Below, piece after piece: positions 1 to 10,215 of a DNA stretch of 19,988 nt. Numbering within the stretch: the stretch's first letter is position 1; each line of letters opens with the position of its first letter. Location of the stretch: the NCBI RefSeq assembly GCF_006345805.1, contig NW_021824141.1, positions 1-19,988 on the forward strand. Direction: 5' to 3'. Made by a program: the position numbers and the translations under genes. The notes beneath the pieces were generated by a model, which worked only from the letters and a program-made list of their open reading frames with translations, had not been told where the DNA came from and did not search any database. This DNA is from Octopus sinensis (Eukaryota).

Positions 1-4
1 TGTG

Positions 5-46
<42 letters not shown>

Positions 47-74
47 ACACACACACACACATATACTATACATA

Positions 75-111
<37 letters not shown>
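1..111. repeat. (CA)n then (TA)n microsatellite
   Basis: Direct reading: CA run at about 12-60, TA-rich run at 61-111. Confidence 0.95.
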
Positions 112-114
<3 letters not shown>

Positions 115-969
115 CTTAGTGATAAAGAGACAAGAGTGGGTGAATAAACACAGGGTCAGAGAGAAAGAGAGAGAGAGACGTACGTTGATGGACAATTTAG
201 ATATTTTAATATCTGATTGACGAACAGATAAAGTGATTAAGAAACTGATAAGCAGATGAACACACGCGCATACACAAATACACACACACACACATAGTTC
301 CGAGAGAACAGAGGGTGGGGTAGGAAAGAAAGAGAGAATTAGGAGAGCGTGAGTGGGAGAGAGAGGGTGGAGTTTAATGTGTATTCATAGAGAGCGAGAT
401 TCGGACAACGCGGCACCAGACTTGTAAACTGCCATCGAATTACATGCTCAAATGCCTCTGTGATACTTTCGAAGTGACCTTCACTCTATCAATACAAACT
501 GCTGCGTATTGTGTTCACCAAATTTACAAGTCTGTTCGGATATACTAGATGGATTAGCAACCTAAATTTTGAACGTCACCTACAGGACAGGTCAGCAGCA
601 ATACGATGACCATAGCAAAAAGCCTGTCCTACGAGCTACGCAGTGGCCAGAATAGACACAGGTAGATAAAGGTATAAATAGGATGGGACAAGACAAGAAA
701 AGCGAAGCTAATTAATGTCCATGAGTTCCTCTCAAGCGAATCGGACAAAACAAATTATGTTCAATTTGTTGTAGAAAACTGCTGAACGAAGTTTAGTTTT
801 GTATTAACGATTTTATTTTATTTACATGTTTTATTTCTTGTCTTTTTTTGTTAGTTTATCTTTTTGCCTTTTTTTTGTTGTTGTTGTTATTAAGTCCCTC
901 CCCCCATGTCAGCTCCGTTGAAGCAGCAGGCCTTTGATCAAAGAAGGTATTTAAGTCATGACCAGCATC

Positions 970-1027
970 TCTCCATTTCCCTCTCTACCCCTTCTCTGTC
1001 TGTCTCTGTCTCTCTCTTCTTCTTTCA

Positions 1028-1071
<44 letters not shown>

Positions 1072-1076
1072 CTCTC
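970..1076. repeat. Pyrimidine-rich tract with (TC)n and (TATC)n
   Basis: Direct reading; it explains the SLSL/YLSI ORFs at 906-1196. Confidence 0.9.
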
Positions 1077-1209
1077 CCCCTTTCATTCTGCGAGTTTATC
1101 TCGGCCAAGAAAAATTGTTGTGGCTTGCCGCTCACAGTCCCTGAATATCTCATTAAGTTGGTGATTTTGTGTGGCTACCCGGTTTTTATTTTTTAGCTCT
1201 CATTTCTAG

Positions 1210-1477
1210 CAATTGCGAATTTTGCCTTTTTGGTTTTAAATACTATAGCCACCTATATTATAATGCATTTAATATATCATAATATATTAATTAAGCTATC
1301 ATAATACTTCATATATTATATATGTATATAGTCATATACACACACACACCACACACACACACACACACACAACACACATATATATATATATATAATATAA
1401 TATAATATAAATTATATATATATATATATATGCATATATACATACGTATTTGTACATACATCGGTACGTATATATAT

Positions 1478-1520
<43 letters not shown>

Positions 1521-1558
1521 ATATAACGTACAGTTGTATGTACAAATACGTATGTATA

Positions 1559-1605
<47 letters not shown>

Positions 1606-1625
1606 TATATATATAAAATTTATAT

Positions 1626-1683
<58 letters not shown>

Positions 1684-1796
1684 CATATATATATAATGAG
1701 TGTATATGATAGTGTAATAATAATTATGATATATTAAATGCATTATAATATAGGTGGCTATAGTATTTAAAACCAAAAAGGCAAAATTCGCAATTG
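1210..1796. repeat. Foldback / large inverted repeat: perfect 74 bp outer arms around mirrored microsatellites (MITE-like or inverted duplication)
   Basis: 1210-1283 is the exact reverse complement of 1723-1796 (74/74). Inner arms 1436-1460 and 1535-1559 are 25/25. Both outer ends are the palindrome CAATTG. Confidence 0.95.
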
Positions 1797-2424
1797 GACG
1801 TCACGAAACGTGTACAACAAAAATACGAAGTACGAGTACATGGAATATGAACTATTTTTTCGAACAACGAAAGACACAAATGGAAAACAGGACAAACAAC
1901 ACAAAGGACGACCCTTCATCAGTTGTTGGCTGTTTTTCTATTCTCGTATTTCGATAAAATAATATAATCTCGTAAAACAAATTAAATAAAATTTGGGCTT
2001 TTGAGGAGGGTCAAAATTGGCAACACAAACAGGACAGTGAAAACAAACAGGAAGGGCTGCTAATCATAAACGAGGTTGTGGTGGCCAACGCCAAAGCATT
2101 TGGTTATGCAGCAGTTACCAGTTCAATATCAAACCTCTTAGAAAAGGGGCCTTCATTCTGCAGTTTCCCCACAGTTGCTTGCAAATATTCAACGAGATAT
2201 TTTCCCGCCATCAAGAGGAAAAGTCCACCAAGTTTGACCAAAGAATTTGAGCGAATAAAATGAAATAATCTGAAGTCATTTATTCCTTGGTTCTAGCGTA
2301 TTTTTCCCTTTCGATTTTTACATTCCATCATCACCATCACGATCATCAACTTAATAACAATTAGTTGACTCCACCACCGCTATAGTCACCACCACCACCA
2401 CCACATACCCCTACCAGTACTAGT

Positions 2425-2456
<32 letters not shown>
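2425..2456. repeat. (CAT)n microsatellite
   Basis: Direct reading. Confidence 0.95.
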
Positions 2457-2619
2457 TAGGACCAAGAGCAACACTAACCGACAACACATTACTGTGACAG
2501 TTGCCCATAGTTATCCAAACCGTTCTCTCTTATCAGGTTTATCTCACATAGCCCCACCCCCACCTTGTTATTGTTATACCATGTTGTATGACATTCCTAA
2601 GTGAGCTCAAACGCATAGA

Positions 2620-2657
2620 GACACAGACTGCACACACACACGCATAGAGACCACCTG

Positions 2658-2688
<31 letters not shown>

Positions 2689-2740
2689 ACACAAAACACA
2701 CACGCATATCTGTGTGTGTATATTCACATATGTATGTACG

Positions 2741-2783
<43 letters not shown>

Positions 2784-2784
2784 A

Positions 2785-2817
<33 letters not shown>

Positions 2818-3765
2818 CATATACAGATATACAAGTTTACATAAAAACATATTTACATGCGTATAAACATATATATACACAAAAAAATACGCACAATGTC
2901 ACACACACGCACGCACAAATACGCACACACACAAACACACACATTCTTTTATTCGTTTGTATGTCTCAGCCCTGAGGCTGTGGCCATACTGGGGCACCGC
3001 TTGTATGTGTATATATATATATGTATGTGTGTGTGTGTGCGTGTACACACGCACATATACATATATATATATATATATATACATGTATGTGTGTATATAC
3101 GTATATGTATATATGTGTGTATGTGCGTGTATGGGGATATTTATATACATGTACGTACATTTGTAGGTATATTTAAGTGTGTGTAAGTACACCTATATAT
3201 ATATATATATATATATATCTGTTGAGACATGTATATGTGTGTATATCTATATATAAATACACATAGATAAATGCCAACAAATTTACACACGCATACAAAA
3301 CCACACACATATACACTCAAACAATGAACTAAACAAATAAATCCATATACAAGCCCATTATCCATACACGTATGAGTGTGTGACTGTGTCGCGGAATGCG
3401 TGTGTGGTGGCGAAATGTATGTATATGCGTTTGTTTAAGTCCTTGTACACGTGTATACATAACATCATTTGTGTGTGACATGGCGTATATATATATATCC
3501 ACAAGTGTGCGTGGATATGTAACTATGTGTATATCTGTACAGCGTGTGAATGTGTTTGTATAGATATCAATACACACATGGAATGTATATTTGTGCGTGT
3601 AGGTGGACGTTCGTGCGTGTATATATTCACTTAAATGTTCTAATGTATACATACATTCATATACATATACAAAATATACATGTATGTGAATATAAATATA
3701 TAATACTATATATATATATATATATTATTTATATATATATATTATATTATATATAATATATATAT

Positions 3766-3798
<33 letters not shown>

Positions 3799-3810
3799 TT
3801 GTGTGTGTAT
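2620..3810. repeat. Compound, degenerate CA/TA/TG microsatellite field
   Basis: Direct reading; all ORFs here are low-complexity (YI/HT/CV). Confidence 0.85.
2966..3002 (-). mobile_element. Short 3'-tail fragment of SINE family A
   Basis: GCTGTGGCCATACTGGGGCACCGC closely matches ACTGCGGCCATGCTGGAGCACCGC at 9222-9245 and the copy near 18420. Confidence 0.55.
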
Positions 3811-3907
3811 GTATATTTACACACTCGCACATTTTATTCTCCGTAGATTTTCCCTTATCAGTGTCCAAGTTTACAAACATTAATCCCACAGCTGGAAGAG
3901 ATATAGA

Positions 3908-3963
3908 GTAACAACAACAACAGCAACAACAACAACAGCAACAACAACAACAGCAACAACAAC
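3908..3963. repeat. (CAA/CAG)n microsatellite
   Basis: Direct reading; source of the poly-Cys/Val ORFs on the minus strand. Confidence 0.9.
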
Positions 3964-4044
3964 CACACAACAATAGAACAGCGTTAACGGCACCAGCACA
4001 AACAATTGCAATAATGACCACGACACACTACAAATATAAGCGCA

Positions 4045-4299
4045 CGTGTATGTATGTGTATGTATACATGCGTACATATATATATATATATATATATGTA
4101 TATACTAAACGTATACGCACTTGTGCATTTGTGTATATGTATATCAACATACTTACATACATACATTCATACATACATACGTACATACATACATACATAC
4201 ATACATACATACATACATACATACATACATACATACATACATAGGGGATATGTAAGTGTTTGTAGACAGGAAGAGAAGCAAACAGACAGATATAAGGCC

Positions 4300-4334
<35 letters not shown>

Positions 4335-4335
4335 T
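4045..4335. repeat. (TA)n and (TACA)n microsatellites
   Basis: Direct reading; (TACA)n at about 4150-4242. Confidence 0.9.
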
Positions 4336-4648
4336 TACAAATGTAAGTATAGATTGTTGTGTCGCATTATAACAACGTAGAAAAATAGATAAAATAAGAA
4401 GTTTTTTTTACATGAATTATTGATGAATCGGCCACTGCTGGACAATGTTTTATTTAGTTATGATTGGTTAACTAAAACAATAAGTAACAAGTCCTCTTAC
4501 GACTAGAAACTAGTAACTCAATACATTACATCTCCTATTATAAGCTGTAAGACAAATTATTTTACACAGGAACAACCACAGGTTCAGACAAAGCCTCATG
4601 GCCTTCTTGCATTTCTCTGGCCAGTTTGAGAACTTATGCGTTGTATCA

Positions 4649-4869
4649 TACGAAGACATGTTGAAAAATACCTGGTTTTTTGATAAAAGCGAATAAAGGA
4701 GGATCAGTTAATTATTGCTTCATTCAACATCTTCCTCTTTCACATTCACACCTTTATTGCAGCAGTCTTTCCGTTTTACTATGCCCTGTAAAAGAACTCG
4801 GAAGGCTGACCTTTCAATAGGCTTTTCGCGATACACTTACAGTCAGGAACTTTTCAGTGCTCTCTTGTA
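4649..4869 (-). mobile_element. Mariner-derived MITE (~217 bp) with TA target duplication, retaining the last transposase codons
   Basis: TA at 4649-4650 and 4868-4869. The ends TACGAAGACATGTTGAAAAATACCTGG and (rc) TACAAGAGAGCACTGAAAAGTTCCTGA are degenerate inverted repeats of mariner TACGAGGG type. The minus strand reads QPSEFFY/GIVKRKDCCNKGVNVKEEDVE* (stop 4722-4720), resembling a mariner C-terminus (QP.EF...GI.KL..RW.KCV...G.YVE*). Confidence 0.8.
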
Positions 4870-5270
4870 GTGGTTTGTTGATTATGCTACAACTTCATTT
4901 TTCTGGTCTTGCCATCATCCGGAAGATGCTTTAAATGAACGAAGTCGGTCATAGGTGGCTCTTCACGGCTTGAGTTTCATTTGCATTGATGGTCGAATAT
5001 GCAGCCAATTTCTCATGTATTTTTGTCTCACAGTGCCTTGTTGTGATTAGGGGCTTGTCCATGGTCCCACTTCTGAACGAAACGAAATTGCTTCAGTTTA
5101 ATCTGAAGAAAGTTACACCAGGTTAATCGCTATAAACTGGTTTAATTAAGATTCCTTCAATTATAGTTTATAAGTTGCCATTCATATTTATATGTGTGTG
5201 ATATATATATAAATATATATATACATACACACACGCACACTCACTCATATATTGTGTGCATGTATATATA

Positions 5271-5309
<39 letters not shown>

Positions 5310-5340
5310 ATCAACATACATAGATACATACATGACAGTC

Positions 5341-5526
5341 GCCGTGATAGATCGTTAGCCACTACACACATTTTATTATCTCCTTGTTTCTTTCTGTGTT
5401 CCTTTCTGTAGAAGAGCGTAGGCTCGAAACGTAAAAGACTTATTATATTCCTGAGCGTTATACTAATACATCTGTTTGTTTTGTACACCACCTGTCTTCG
5501 TCTTATGTTTTTTCGTAAACTCTCCC
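5341..5526 (+). mobile_element. Penelope-like (pLTR-type) repeat fragment embedded in (TA)n
   Basis: Unique 186 bp island between TA runs. It carries a minimal hammerhead motif, a known hallmark of Penelope-like element pLTRs. The family assignment is inference. Confidence 0.55.
5402..5437 (+). ncRNA. Minimal type I hammerhead ribozyme motif with variant core
   Basis: Stem I CTTT(5402-05)/AAAG(5434-37); core CTGTAGA(5406-12) plus an extra A; stem II GAGC-GTAG-GCTC(5414-25); GAAA(5426-29); palindromic stem III ACGT; GUA cleavage triplet (5431-33). The core differs from canonical CUGANGA at position 6 (U instead of A). Confidence 0.6.
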
Positions 5527-5563
5527 TATATATATATATTCTATATATATATATTATATATAC

Positions 5564-5597
<34 letters not shown>

Positions 5598-5604
5598 ATA
5601 TAAC

Positions 5605-5653
<49 letters not shown>

Positions 5654-5680
5654 CATATATACATACATATAAATATATAT

Positions 5681-5746
<66 letters not shown>

Positions 5747-5748
5747 TA

Positions 5749-5783
<35 letters not shown>
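5527..5783. repeat. Long interrupted (TA)n microsatellite
   Basis: Direct reading. Confidence 0.95.
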
Positions 5784-5786
<3 letters not shown>

Positions 5787-6233
5787 TAATCACTCGCCAT
5801 ATCGCGGTCACCTATTGCACCCTCAGTACTTTTAGCCTTTTCTAGCGAATATATGTGAATTTACATCGCGAACTCCTTAGTATATGGTTTCTGCGGTGAA
5901 ATAATTGTTTTTGTGGTAAAATAAGCATTTTTCATGCCTAAAAATTCAATAAATTAATGAATAAAAATACAGCAAAGAACTGCACTGTATAACACATTAA
6001 TCAAAATATATTAAAAGTTACGTAGTGAACTGTAGATTAGTAAACAAAGAAACGCACGTGATTGTATGGAAAACGAAACTCGGAAGGTGGGTGTGTGGTG
6101 TTGTTTTGTATTTATAATAAAATAGATACATAGAAATTATAAAAATAATATATATATATATGTAGTACAGTACTGTTTCTACTTCGCAGATTTTCTCCTA
6201 TCGTGGGGTGTAGTAGAACGTAACGCTCCCGCG
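5784..6233 (+). mobile_element. Tigger/pogo-like non-autonomous element, right end truncated
   Basis: The left end TA|CATTAATCACTCGCCATATCGCGGTCACCTATTGC resembles Tigger-type CAGTAATCCCTCGC.ATATCGCGG termini. The right subterminal block ACTTCGCAGATTTTCTCCTATCGTGG...GAACGTAAC..CCCGCG is present but the terminal repeat is lost in (TA)n. Family recognition is from memory. Confidence 0.5.
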
Positions 6234-6234
6234 T

Positions 6235-6645
6235 TATATATATATATATATAAATATATATATATATATTATATATGCATGCATGCATGCATACATACAT
6301 ACATACATACATACATACATAGACACATAGATTGACAATTTATTATTTTATTAATGATTGAAACTATTAAGAATTATAGACTTCGATCTTTTTATCCAAA
6401 TTTAAAATACTAACGTAACTTTCAACTATATACACACAGGTGTGTGTGTGTGTGTGTTGTTGTGTACGCATTTATGTATGCATATATTTATAAACACACG
6501 CACAGGGATTTCTACTTACGCCTGAAAGATATATATATATATATACATACACACACACACCATACATACATACATACATACATACATACATACATACATA
6601 CATACATACATACATACATACATGCATACATACATGCATACATAC
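6235..6645. repeat. TA, (CATA)n and TG/CA microsatellites with a unique spacer (~6330-6430)
   Basis: Direct reading. Confidence 0.8.
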
Positions 6646-7084
6646 AAGACGGCTTGTGAATTTCATAGTTAATGTTAAAATATTAGTTACTATAATAATG
6701 CCTTCGCACAACAGAACCCACTTGAAACAGTTAATCTGCATATAGACGCCAAACATTTTCACATATTCCACGAATTTCTTTCAGACTGTAAATATTTTCT
6801 CATTCATAAGAAATATCGCGCCTCATAAAATCTTTAATTTATATACCTCGTATTATAATCATCCTGGGGGTCTCTAAAATGAATGAAATGGTGCTAAGAC
6901 TAGAAATTTTAAAACATGCGAAAGAAGTAAGCAAAACGAAAAAAAAATCATTAATAAATGTGTATATTCAACGCATCTTCTTTATTCCTTAATTCTATAT
7001 TCAGACTTCTAAAACTACCATTACGAACAATTATGTACCTTGTAGTGTGAATTTGTATGAAGGATATATTACTGTCCACTTACA

Positions 7085-7110
7085 CATACACATATACATA
7101 CATACCATCT

Positions 7111-7171
<61 letters not shown>

Positions 7172-7213
7172 ATATCTATCTATATATATATCTATATATC
7201 TATATTATATATC

Positions 7214-7248
<35 letters not shown>

Positions 7249-7345
7249 TATATATATATATATGTATATATATATAATAATATATATATATAATATATAT
7301 TATATATATATTATATATATATATATAAATATATATATATATAAA
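7085..7345. repeat. (TATC)n then (TA)n microsatellite
   Basis: Direct reading. Confidence 0.95.
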
Positions 7346-7362
7346 ATGAAATGTAAAATAAA

Positions 7363-7432
7363 AATAAATAAATAAAACACAAAATACTATACAAAATTAA
7401 ATAAATAAAACAGCAAAAATACTATACAAAAT
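7363..7432 (+). repeat. Tandem duplication of a ~34 bp AT-rich unit
   Basis: TAAATAAATAAAACACAAAATACTATACAAAAT is followed by TAAATAAATAAAACAGCAAAAATACTATACAAAAT. Confidence 0.8.
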
Positions 7433-8204
7433 TTGTGTGTTTAAGAAGATTTTAACTGAGGCCATTATTGAGGGCAGCCTTGATAACTGGGAGATAACAA
7501 CATTGAAAAACATACATACGTACATACGTAAATATTTACGATGACCAAGTCGAAGAAGAAGAGTCTGACCGACTTACGTGTATGTGTGTGCCTCTGTGTG
7601 TGTGTGTGTGCTTGTGTGTGTGTGTGTGTGTACATGTACATTAATGTATAAGTATGTAGACATGGACATAGGCACACATATACACATATATATATATGCA
7701 TATTCATGTAAAAGGATATATAGACATATACATATATGAACACATACACAAACATAGATGTGAGTGTGTGTGCGAGAGCGCGCACGTGTAAGTGCGCTTG
7801 GCTGTGTGTGTATATTTACACTTAATCCTTTTCTCGTCGATGTTTACAAATGACACCGATACACATCGGCGAAAATTGCTCCACCACATACACTTGCACA
7901 CACACGAGCAAACTCACACATTCACACGCAGCTACCCAAACACACTTACACGTGCGCACTTACACTCTGGTCAATATGCGCGAAAGTTGTAAACATCGGT
8001 GAGAAAACGGATTAGGCGGTTTTATCGAAATAAAAACTGTTGTGAAATTTATGCTGAATGCTCAATTCGGTTGATGATATTTCCTCTTTGATTGTCGATA
8101 GTCATTTTATCGCCTCACTTTTCGACTGGCTCTAACGCAAGAACCCAGAAGCAATCAACGTAAACTTTTGTCATATGAAGTGACTTCTCCATATATACAT
8201 ATAT

Positions 8205-8239
<35 letters not shown>

Positions 8240-8251
8240 TATATATATATA

Positions 8252-8289
<38 letters not shown>

Positions 8290-8397
8290 ACCGTAAATAT
8301 TTATGTATGTATGTTTTTCGATGTGTTATCTCCAGTTACCAAGCCTGCCCTCAGTAATGGACTCAGTTAAAATCTTCTTAAACATACAAACTTTGTA
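7425..8397. repeat. Second large inverted repeat (arms 7425-7543 and 8289-8397)
   Basis: Hand alignment gives about 9 substitutions and 3 indels over about 109 aligned nt. AT-rich extensions continue the match outward (about 7345-7424 vs 8398-8445). Confidence 0.9.
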
Positions 8398-8822
8398 ATT
8401 TTTTTCTTGTGTTTTATTTTATTTTATTTTATTTTATTTTATTTTGTCTTTTACAGTCTCACATCTAGATTCTTCGATTATTCTTCGTAGCTTTTACGCA
8501 AGCACCACACGCGTACATATATATACACACATAATCACTCGCACTTATATGCATACACACATACATACATACATATATGGATACACACACACTCACGCAC
8601 ACTCACGCGCGCACACACACACACACACATATATATATTTCAAAATAGTTAAAGAGAAAGAAAAAGCCATGATTTTTCGTTCACAATTCAACACGCTTCT
8701 AACTTGCCGTTGGGCCGACGGTTGTAAATTATGTATACATAGAGAGGAGTGAAAAACTTATCTTCCATGCGTGTTGAATGATCAATGCTTAAATAGACCA
8801 TCGATATTTCTCCTTGGTAACT

Positions 8823-9575
8823 CTGAAATATCCAGGGTTTGACAACTGTTTCCAGGACTCCACTATAGCCAACAGAATTAACTCTAAAGCCTTGTAGAAT
8901 GAAGTGAGGCGGCATCACATGCCATTCATTACTGACAACTACAAAAGCCATGACGGTTGCAGAAAGGTTTGTGTGCACGACTGTTACAACTTCAGAAGCG
9001 GGGTCAGAACCTAATCCTGTGTCATTTTCTCTGTTAATCTTCTGGTCCTGGTCAAGGTTTTCTCATCTAAAGAAAACAAAATCATGTCATACTCTTCCAG
9101 ATTTTTTACTTTGTTAAATAACCGCTTAGATCTGATCGTATGTTTCTTGTTCATCAAGTAAGACTTTTACCGGATATCTTTACTCTTTACTCTTTACTCT
9201 TTTACTTGTTTCAGTCATTTGACTGCGGCCATGCTGGAGCACCGCCTTTAATCGAGCAACTCGACCTCGGGACTTATTCTTTTGTAAGCCCAGTACTTAT
9301 TCTATCTTTTGCAATTTACCTCATGGATTTTCTGGGGTTTCCGTTAATGATCTGCTAAACGTATAAATTTGGATGTTCTGATGGTACGGAATGCTGGGAA
9401 TGCCCTTTTCATTTCGATACTGGAGATGCCTTTCTATCTGAGCTCTGCAAACTTTTTATACAAAAAATCTGCCGACTTTTCAAGACTAATCTATCTATAA
9501 ATCGGTCTGCACCACCTTTAAAGCCACAATTACAGAATGCCTTTTTATGTCTTTAGTAAACTGGGTGTCTGCCAT
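8823..9575 (-). pseudogene. Decayed Tc1/mariner transposase of maT/DD37D type, C-terminal part deleted, interrupted by a SINE
   Basis: ATG at 9575: MADTQFTKDIKRHSVIVALK...IINGKPQKSMR*IAKD [SINE] DIR*KSY...IRSKRLFNKVKNLEEYDMILFSLDEKNLDQDQKINRENDTGLGSDPASEVVTVVHTNLSATVMAFVVVSNEWHVMPPHFILQGFRVNSVGYSGVLETVVKPWIFQ. The FSDEKNF-like first catalytic Asp motif and the VMV.GVVS.EG.VMPPHFF...VN...Y..VL..VVKPW motif are typical of this family. The second and third Asp motifs are absent. Confidence 0.9.
9182..9302 (-). mobile_element. 5'-truncated SINE family A with (AAAGAGT)n tail, inserted in the transposase
   Basis: Matches the copy at 18400-18620 (GACTGCGGCCATGCTGG...GAGCAA...TTATTCT). Flanked by TATCTTT at 9175-9181 and 9303-9309. 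Confidence 0.9.
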
Positions 9576-9662
9576 TATTATTTTTTGAAACATAAATGAC
9601 ATAAAGCTAATTTCAAAACAGTAATAACTCAAAAGTGTCATGTTCTCAAATAGGAAGCACTG

Positions 9663-9697
<35 letters not shown>

Positions 9698-9698
9698 C

Positions 9699-9777
<79 letters not shown>

Positions 9778-9967
9778 GTCTGTCTGTCTGTCTGTTTGTC
9801 TATCTATTTATTTATCTATCTACCTATCTATCTATGTATCTATCTTTGTCTGTGTATGGGTGTGCATGCGTGCGCACCCACGCGTGTGTATGTGTGTGTA
9901 TATGTGTCTGTGTATGCATGTGTACATATATATATATATATGTATATATATATATGCATACATACAT
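9663..9967. repeat. Compound (TCTA)n-(TCTG)n-TG/TA microsatellite block flanked by AAGCACTG direct repeats
   Basis: AAGCACTG at 9655-9662 and 9968-9975. Confidence 0.9.
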
Positions 9968-10069
9968 AAGCACTGCTTTAGACCTTTTCTAGTCAAAGGA
10001 ATTTTGAACCTAATATTTACATACTATCATTTATAGCTTCTAGACATCAACTTCCACAGTTAAAAACGA

Positions 10070-10158
10070 ATAATATACATACATATACGTATATATGCAT
10101 ACATACATACACATACATACATACATATATACATACAGACATACATACATACATACAG

Positions 10159-10189
<31 letters not shown>

Positions 10190-10215
10190 AATATAATATA
10201 TATATATATATATAT
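10070..10215. repeat. (CATA)n/(TA)n microsatellite
   Basis: Direct reading. Confidence 0.9.

Noticed and set aside
586-661. Candidate 76 nt exon (TACAG|...CAG|GTAGAT)
   Set aside because: No polypyrimidine tract, and the peptide QVSSNTMTIAKSLSYELRSGQNRH is unrecognised.
1791-1808. ATTGG plus ACGTCAC, read as a CCAAT box and CRE-like promoter
   Set aside because: It straddles the right end of the foldback, the motifs are short, and no supported downstream gene or TSS exists.
1916-1922. CTGATGA hammerhead core on the minus strand
   Set aside because: No correctly placed stem II plus GAAA follows.
2041-2280. ORF MVANAKAFGY... and minus-strand MAGKYLVEYLQATVGK...
   Set aside because: No recognisable homology and no convincing splice sites on either strand.
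4870-5090. piggyBac-like WQDQKNEVVA*STNHY or mariner-like DDARP/TINA words upstream of the MITE
   Set aside because: They lie outside the MITE TIRs, need several frameshifts, and the expected downstream motifs (KP..YN..MGGVD or SPDL) are missing.
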